From: Candidatus Fermentibacteraceae bacterium
GTDB taxonomy: Bacteria; Fermentibacterota; Fermentibacteria; Fermentibacterales; JCC-6
Direction of reading: 5' to 3'
DNA: 64,000 bases
Assembly: GCA_016744855.1 (NCBI GenBank)
Contig: JADGDO010000013.1
Span: forward strand, 33,301 to 97,300
Under the pieces are notes generated by a model. That model saw only the letters and a program-made list of their open reading frames with translations, had not been told where the DNA came from and made no database searches. The position numbers and the translations under genes were made by a program. Below, piece after piece: positions 60,046-64,000 of the stretch (positions within the stretch are counted from its first letter, which is position 1; each line of letters starts with the position of its first letter).

Positions 60046-60603
60046 ATGAAAATGCTACTCGTCAGTATTGTACTGCTCGCTGCTTCGTTTGCTTTTGCAC
60101 AGGATTGGCAGGAAATTGTTGTTGACGGATTTACTTTAAACTGGGCAACAGTGCCGGGAGACCTACTTTCAGTTAAACTGAGTGCTCCCACAACAGGATG
60201 GCTCTCCGTGGGTTTCGATCCCAGCCAGGCAATGCTCGATGCAAACATTATTATCGGTTATGTAGAGTCTTCAACTGCTGTTCTGAGAGATGACTTTGGC
60301 TGGCAGATGACTTCGCACAGGGCAGATACCCTTCTGGGTGGAACACACGATCTTACAGTCGACGGTGGTAGTGAAGCTGCAGGTGAAACAGAGATACAGT
60401 TCACGATTCCACTTAACTCAGGTGACTCTTATGACCGTGAATTGATGATTGGGAATACATACACCGTGATTTTCGCAAGGAGTGCAAACGGAGAGGACAA
60501 TTTTACAGCACCTCATTCGGTTACGGCATCTGCTCAGATTGAAATTCCTGCACTTGCTCTCGAACCTTATAGCTGGGCTGGAGTGAAGGTAGAAGGCTGG
60601 TAG
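60046..60603 (+). CDS. DOMON-like domain secreted protein, paralog 3
   Basis: Signal peptide MKMLLVSIVLLAASFAFA. RBS GGAGGGG. Same conserved core. Confidence 0.5.
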   Translation: MKMLLVSIVLLAASFAFAQDWQEIVVDGFTLNWATVPGDLLSVKLSAPTTGWLSVGFDPSQAMLDANIIIGYVESSTAVLRDDFGWQMTSHRADTLLGGTHDLTVDGGSEAAGETEIQFTIPLNSGDSYDRELMIGNTYTVIFARSANGEDNFTAPHSVTASAQIEIPALALEPYSWAGVKVEGW

Positions 60604-60749
60604 TATTCAACTTTCATTATTCTGGGTTTCTCGGTGATGTTTCCGCAGGCGCAAGATTTGTCCAACAGCAAACAGTCTGTTTGCGATAGTGTTGAGAGTT
60701 CCTAGGAAACATCCCGAGCCGGTAATTGGTGAGCACAAGATGATTTCTC

Positions 60750-61205
60750 CTAATTTAGAAGATTGCTGAATGTCTTTCTTAAATCATTCGCAGTTTTTTC
60801 ATTAGTAGTTATACAGATTACCGTGTTGTCTCCACCAACAGATCCCAGAAGGCCATCCAAACCTGCGCAGTCGATAACTCGGGCAATTGCCTGAGCTTCT
60901 GCCGGGTTGGTGTAAACAACAACGATATTACCACTCGAAGCGACTCCTGTGACTGAAATCTGGAATCTTCTATGGAGTCCTAGAGATGTTTCCCTTCTTT
61001 GCTCTTCATCAGAAACTTTATAAACAAAAGAACCGTCATGTATGGGTTTTCTGTAGGCTCCAAGATAGTTAAGATCCCTGGAAAGGCTTGACTGCGAAAC
61101 TTCGATTCCTCTCTTGGCAAGCAATTCCCGAAGTTTTAACTGGCTTCCTGTTGCCTCATCTTCGAGTATCGCGACTATCATTTCGAGCCGATTTTTCCTA
61201 GACAT
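60750..61205 (-). CDS. argR: Arginine repressor
   Basis: N-terminal winged helix (RLEMIVAILEDEATGSQLKLRELLAKRGIEVSQSSLSRDL) and C-terminal oligomerisation/arginine-binding domain. RBS GGAGATAGAA. Confidence 0.85.
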   Translation of the reverse strand: MSRKNRLEMIVAILEDEATGSQLKLRELLAKRGIEVSQSSLSRDLNYLGAYRKPIHDGSFVYKVSDEEQRRETSLGLHRRFQISVTGVASSGNIVVVYTNPAEAQAIARVIDCAGLDGLLGSVGGDNTVICITTNEKTANDLRKTFSNLLN

Positions 61206-61305
61206 TTCTATCTCCAAACGTTATTTCACATAGAGACCAAGAAAATCACAACAAGTATTGCTTAACTATAGATAAAAGAAAGTGAATCCCCAATGATACT
61301 GGTAA

Positions 61306-62211
61306 TCAGAACTGTATAGAACCGAGAAGCATGAAAACAGAAAAAAGAGCTATTCCAAAACCTGAAACCAGTTGAAGAGTGAACTCGAATTTTCCAGCTT
61401 TATCTGAATTCTGAAGCAGGGCTGTCATTCTATTTCTCATGAGGATTGCAAGTAATCCTACTGCTGCAAGAAGCATGCCCATCCCTAGAGACATCGACAA
61501 TACAGAAAGAATACCGATTTTCGCCGCATTTCCTGCAACTGCCATTATCATTATGGCTGACGCAGCCGGGCAGGGAAGCAGACCTGATAGTATTAGTCCT
61601 CCCATTCCCGTTTTGCTCTTTTGTGAACGGGTTTCTGATCTGTAATCTTTGTACCCTTGAAGAATCATCCAGATTCCCAGGAAGAGAATTATTGCATAAG
61701 TTAGTGGGAGAAGAAAGATTTGAGCTTTGTCTACAGAAATCAGAAGAGATTTCGTTGTAAAGAGGTAGAATCCACCTACCAGCAGAATCGCACTTGCTGC
61801 ATGAACTGCTGCTAGAAGAAAACCAGTTAAGATCCCTTTCAATGGGCTGCTTTTCTCTCCGACAAAGTAGGCAACAATAACCATTTTCCTGTGGCCGGGG
61901 CCGATTGCATGAAGCATTCCGAAAACAAATGAAATTCCAAGAAGAACCCAGAAGTTTTTCATATTGCCGGTATCATTCACATTAGTTGTCATCCGTGCAA
62001 TTGAGGTTTGTAGAGTCCTCTGAGTTGCAATGCTTTTTATGATTAATGATCCGATTACAGGCAATGAATGGAGGGTTGGGTGGTGGACTACTTCATTTTC
62101 AGATTGTGTTTCTGAAGTGGAGTTTCCTGACAAAAAGGGATTAGATTGAGCAAAGCATTGAAAAGCCGGAAAGAGAAGAACGGCAAGAAGGATTCCTGAA
62201 AATTTTCGCAT
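61306..62211 (-). CDS. RcnA-family nickel/cobalt efflux permease (COG2215)
   Basis: LHAIGPGHRKM and GLLPCPAASAIMIM match the E. coli RcnA motifs LHGLEPGHSKT and GLIPCPAAITVLL. It lacks the His-rich loop. Confidence 0.75.
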   Translation of the reverse strand: MRKFSGILLAVLLFPAFQCFAQSNPFLSGNSTSETQSENEVVHHPTLHSLPVIGSLIIKSIATQRTLQTSIARMTTNVNDTGNMKNFWVLLGISFVFGMLHAIGPGHRKMVIVAYFVGEKSSPLKGILTGFLLAAVHAASAILLVGGFYLFTTKSLLISVDKAQIFLLPLTYAIILFLGIWMILQGYKDYRSETRSQKSKTGMGGLILSGLLPCPAASAIMIMAVAGNAAKIGILSVLSMSLGMGMLLAAVGLLAILMRNRMTALLQNSDKAGKFEFTLQLVSGFGIALFSVFMLLGSIQF

Positions 62212-62212
62212 A

Positions 62213-62830
62213 TCAGTTGCAGTTCAGATAAACAACAAGCTGTTGCGGGAATGCTGTACCAGAGTAGCTGCCACCATCGCGAGAAACAGAAACATTACCA
62301 CCATATGAGATACTGATATCGCTATTCTGTTCTATCTCAAATTGGGCGGTTTCATTTCCCGGGCCGGTTATTGTAATCGGCAGACCCTCTTTGTAAAGAA
62401 TGTCACAGTAGAAAGTGCTGTCATAAATTGCTACCCGGAATACACCCTCGGGAATCGCGATGTTAAAGGGACAGAAGAAGCGATAGGCCAAGGCCCCATC
62501 CTCCACAAATACAGAGAATTCCTCTATACGTTCAGGTGAATAGACCTGACCATCAATATTTACAAACGTGAAGTATTCGGAGGATTGCAGGTTGGAAAAT
62601 GCATTTGAGAAAACACTTGCGGTCTCTTCGTTATTGAAGTGATCGTTACCGTTCGTATCAAAGTCAGCGCAAATTGCTGCTGTAAACATTGGATCGAAGT
62701 GCCAGGTAATCTCAATGCCCTCAAGGTTGTCATTACTCAGTCGAACTTCCATCTCTGTGTCTATAAACATGTGTGGATGAGCAAAGAGGCATACATTGAG
62801 AAGGAAAAGCAACTCTATGGAATATTTCAA
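62213..62830 (-). CDS. DUF1007 periplasmic protein (partner of RcnA-family transporters)
   Basis: Signal peptide followed by an AHPHMFID motif. Separated by 1 nt from the RcnA-like gene. Confidence 0.55.
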   Translation of the reverse strand: MKYSIELLFLLNVCLFAHPHMFIDTEMEVRLSNDNLEGIEITWHFDPMFTAAICADFDTNGNDHFNNEETASVFSNAFSNLQSSEYFTFVNIDGQVYSPERIEEFSVFVEDGALAYRFFCPFNIAIPEGVFRVAIYDSTFYCDILYKEGLPITITGPGNETAQFEIEQNSDISISYGGNVSVSRDGGSYSGTAFPQQLVVYLNCN

Positions 62831-62977
62831 TGGTTCTCCCTGATTGTTTTTTGTGATTCAAAAATATAACGCAATTTGCAAATTGGATATAGTCAAATCA
62901 ATCAGAGCACTGTTGTATTTCCCTGCTGTTACTGGAATATTTTATCCCGGTACGGGTATATCTGTTGTATATACCTT

Positions 62978-64000
62978 TTGAAGAAAGGAGAAAATATCAG
63001 ACCTTACTTACCTGTACTCTTTGTTTTCGCCCTTACGTTTTCCCAAGAGGCATCAGGCGATCTGATTGAACTCTTTTCAGAAGTCAGTAATTCTCATAGC
63101 ATACATGGAGATTCCGTAGCAGAGGTTGATGGTATACGTATTTTAGAAAATCGCTCTCAATTTGACGAATTTGCTTCTACAAATCAGCTTACGACTTCCC
63201 TTGTGCTTTCAGAGGTTAAATTTCTTGTGTCTGATGTTCGGTCAGACTCTCCTTCATTGTATTTTATCAATTCAAATTCTTTCGAGTACCACTGGAAATT
63301 TTTTAACGAAGCTCTGGGCTGGAATCTAAGTCTTCTTGATTTCAACACTAGGACATACACCGATTTCAATAGAAGGATTCTTGCAGGAAGTGTTGTCGCT
63401 CATGACAGGTACTCACCTTCTGATTACGCTGAAGGTCTCTATACTATTGAATTCTGGCCAAGTGATCCTATTCACTTTAATGATGTAATGCTGGCCTACG
63501 AGTTGATTAATGAAGCGATGTATTTTCTGGACGGTAACATTGTATACCATCCAACAGGTGAGACACAGGTTTTGATTTACAATGAGGAAATCGACTCTTT
63601 TGACTCTGCAGGAATCGAAGTGCTGCTTACAGAAGAATTGTATGGAGGACTCGATTATGCAGCACTGAACACAGGAGAAGCTCTCGGTATTCTCCGAGAT
63701 GGTAATTCTGGAGGCGCATTCAGCTCGAGGGATATACCTGTATTCCAATCCATCCCCAATGACATCAGCCACGTCGCAGGAATTATTACCACTATACCCC
63801 AGACCCCTCTTTCTCATATCAATTTGAAAGCTGTCCAGAATGGAACTCCAAATGTTTACATTCCGGGATTCACTGAAACAGATCAGTATAGATCTCTTCT
63901 TGGAAAGTATGTACGTCTTACAGCATCGACAGGGGGATACACCATTGAAGAAGTTCCTTTGTCTACTGCGATGGAGTGGCTGGAGGCCAGTAGACCGGAC
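62978..64000 (+). CDS. Secreted hypothetical protein, 3' end beyond the window (not present in the supplied ORF track because it has no stop)
   Basis: Uninterrupted frame from 62870 to the window end. TTG at 62978 preceded by AAGGAG nearby. The N-terminus is signal-peptide-like (KKGENIRPYLPVLFVFALTFSQEA). Confidence 0.45.
   Translation, partial: MKKGENIRPYLPVLFVFALTFSQEASGDLIELFSEVSNSHSIHGDSVAEVDGIRILENRSQFDEFASTNQLTTSLVLSEVKFLVSDVRSDSPSLYFINSNSFEYHWKFFNEALGWNLSLLDFNTRTYTDFNRRILAGSVVAHDRYSPSDYAEGLYTIEFWPSDPIHFNDVMLAYELINEAMYFLDGNIVYHPTGETQVLIYNEEIDSFDSAGIEVLLTEELYGGLDYAALNTGEALGILRDGNSGGAFSSRDIPVFQSIPNDISHVAGIITTIPQTPLSHINLKAVQNGTPNVYIPGFTETDQYRSLLGKYVRLTASTGGYTIEEVPLSTAMEWLEASRPD

Noticed and set aside
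1-64000. Mobile element or genomic island signatures (integrase, transposase, phage genes, direct repeats flanking a block)
   Set aside because: None were seen. The paralogous lipoproteins flanking the aro block are divergent protein paralogs, not IS-type terminal repeats.

Overview
The window looks like chromosomal DNA from an uncultured bacterium of the Bacteroidota/FCB type, not an obvious mobile element. No tRNA, rRNA, CRISPR array, transposase or integrase could be recognised. The evidence for the FCB assignment is: many secreted proteins end in a type IX secretion (T9SS/Por) C-terminal sorting domain, Shine-Dalgarno use is weak or patchy, and GC content is roughly 45-48%. TGA is used as an ordinary stop codon.

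Genes recognised with reasonable confidence:
- An RND efflux pair at the left edge (truncated membrane-fusion protein plus AcrB-type pump).
- A GH63/GH37-like glycosidase overlapping a GH1 beta-glucosidase.
- An M29-like aminopeptidase.
- A Gfo/Idh/MocA oxidoreductase.
- An HD-domain (p)ppGpp-hydrolase-like protein.
- A tandem-GNAT acetyltransferase.
- A four-gene MacAB-like ABC efflux operon (membrane-fusion protein, ATPase, two FtsX-type permeases).
- An M15 peptidase.
- A NikR-like ribbon-helix-helix regulator with repeated operator-like palindromes.
- A SAM-dependent methyltransferase.
- A GH29 alpha-L-fucosidase.
- A U32 peptidase followed by aroA, aroC and a chorismate mutase.
- An S41 peptidase.
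- A tandem-LCCL lipoprotein.
- A DASS/SLC13 transporter followed by a persulfide-dioxygenase/rhodanese fusion, a split YeeE/YedE pair and a small membrane protein.
- A tandem M16 peptidase.
- ArgR next to a DUF1007 protein and an RcnA-like Ni/Co efflux protein.

At least seven T9SS cargo proteins are present: a thioredoxin-fold protein, an RCC1 propeller, a WD-like propeller, a DUF1566 protein, a CotH kinase-like protein with a lamin-tail domain, an arylsulfotransferase-like propeller, and others.

The most unusual observations are:
- An in-frame TGA that replaces the first Cys of a CxxC-like motif in a secreted thioredoxin-fold protein, with a SECIS-like hairpin starting 11 nt downstream. This is a candidate selenoprotein.
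- A compact cluster of three paralogous ~185-aa DOMON-like proteins with conserved Met/His, plus a small 2-TM His-containing protein and an outer-membrane beta-barrel. This may be an extracytoplasmic heme/electron-transfer module.
- A HEAT-repeat, acidic-linker, ODP/flavodiiron-like MBL fusion protein preceded by a long, possibly structured leader.
- Two paralogous beta-propeller lipoproteins flanking the shikimate/U32 block.
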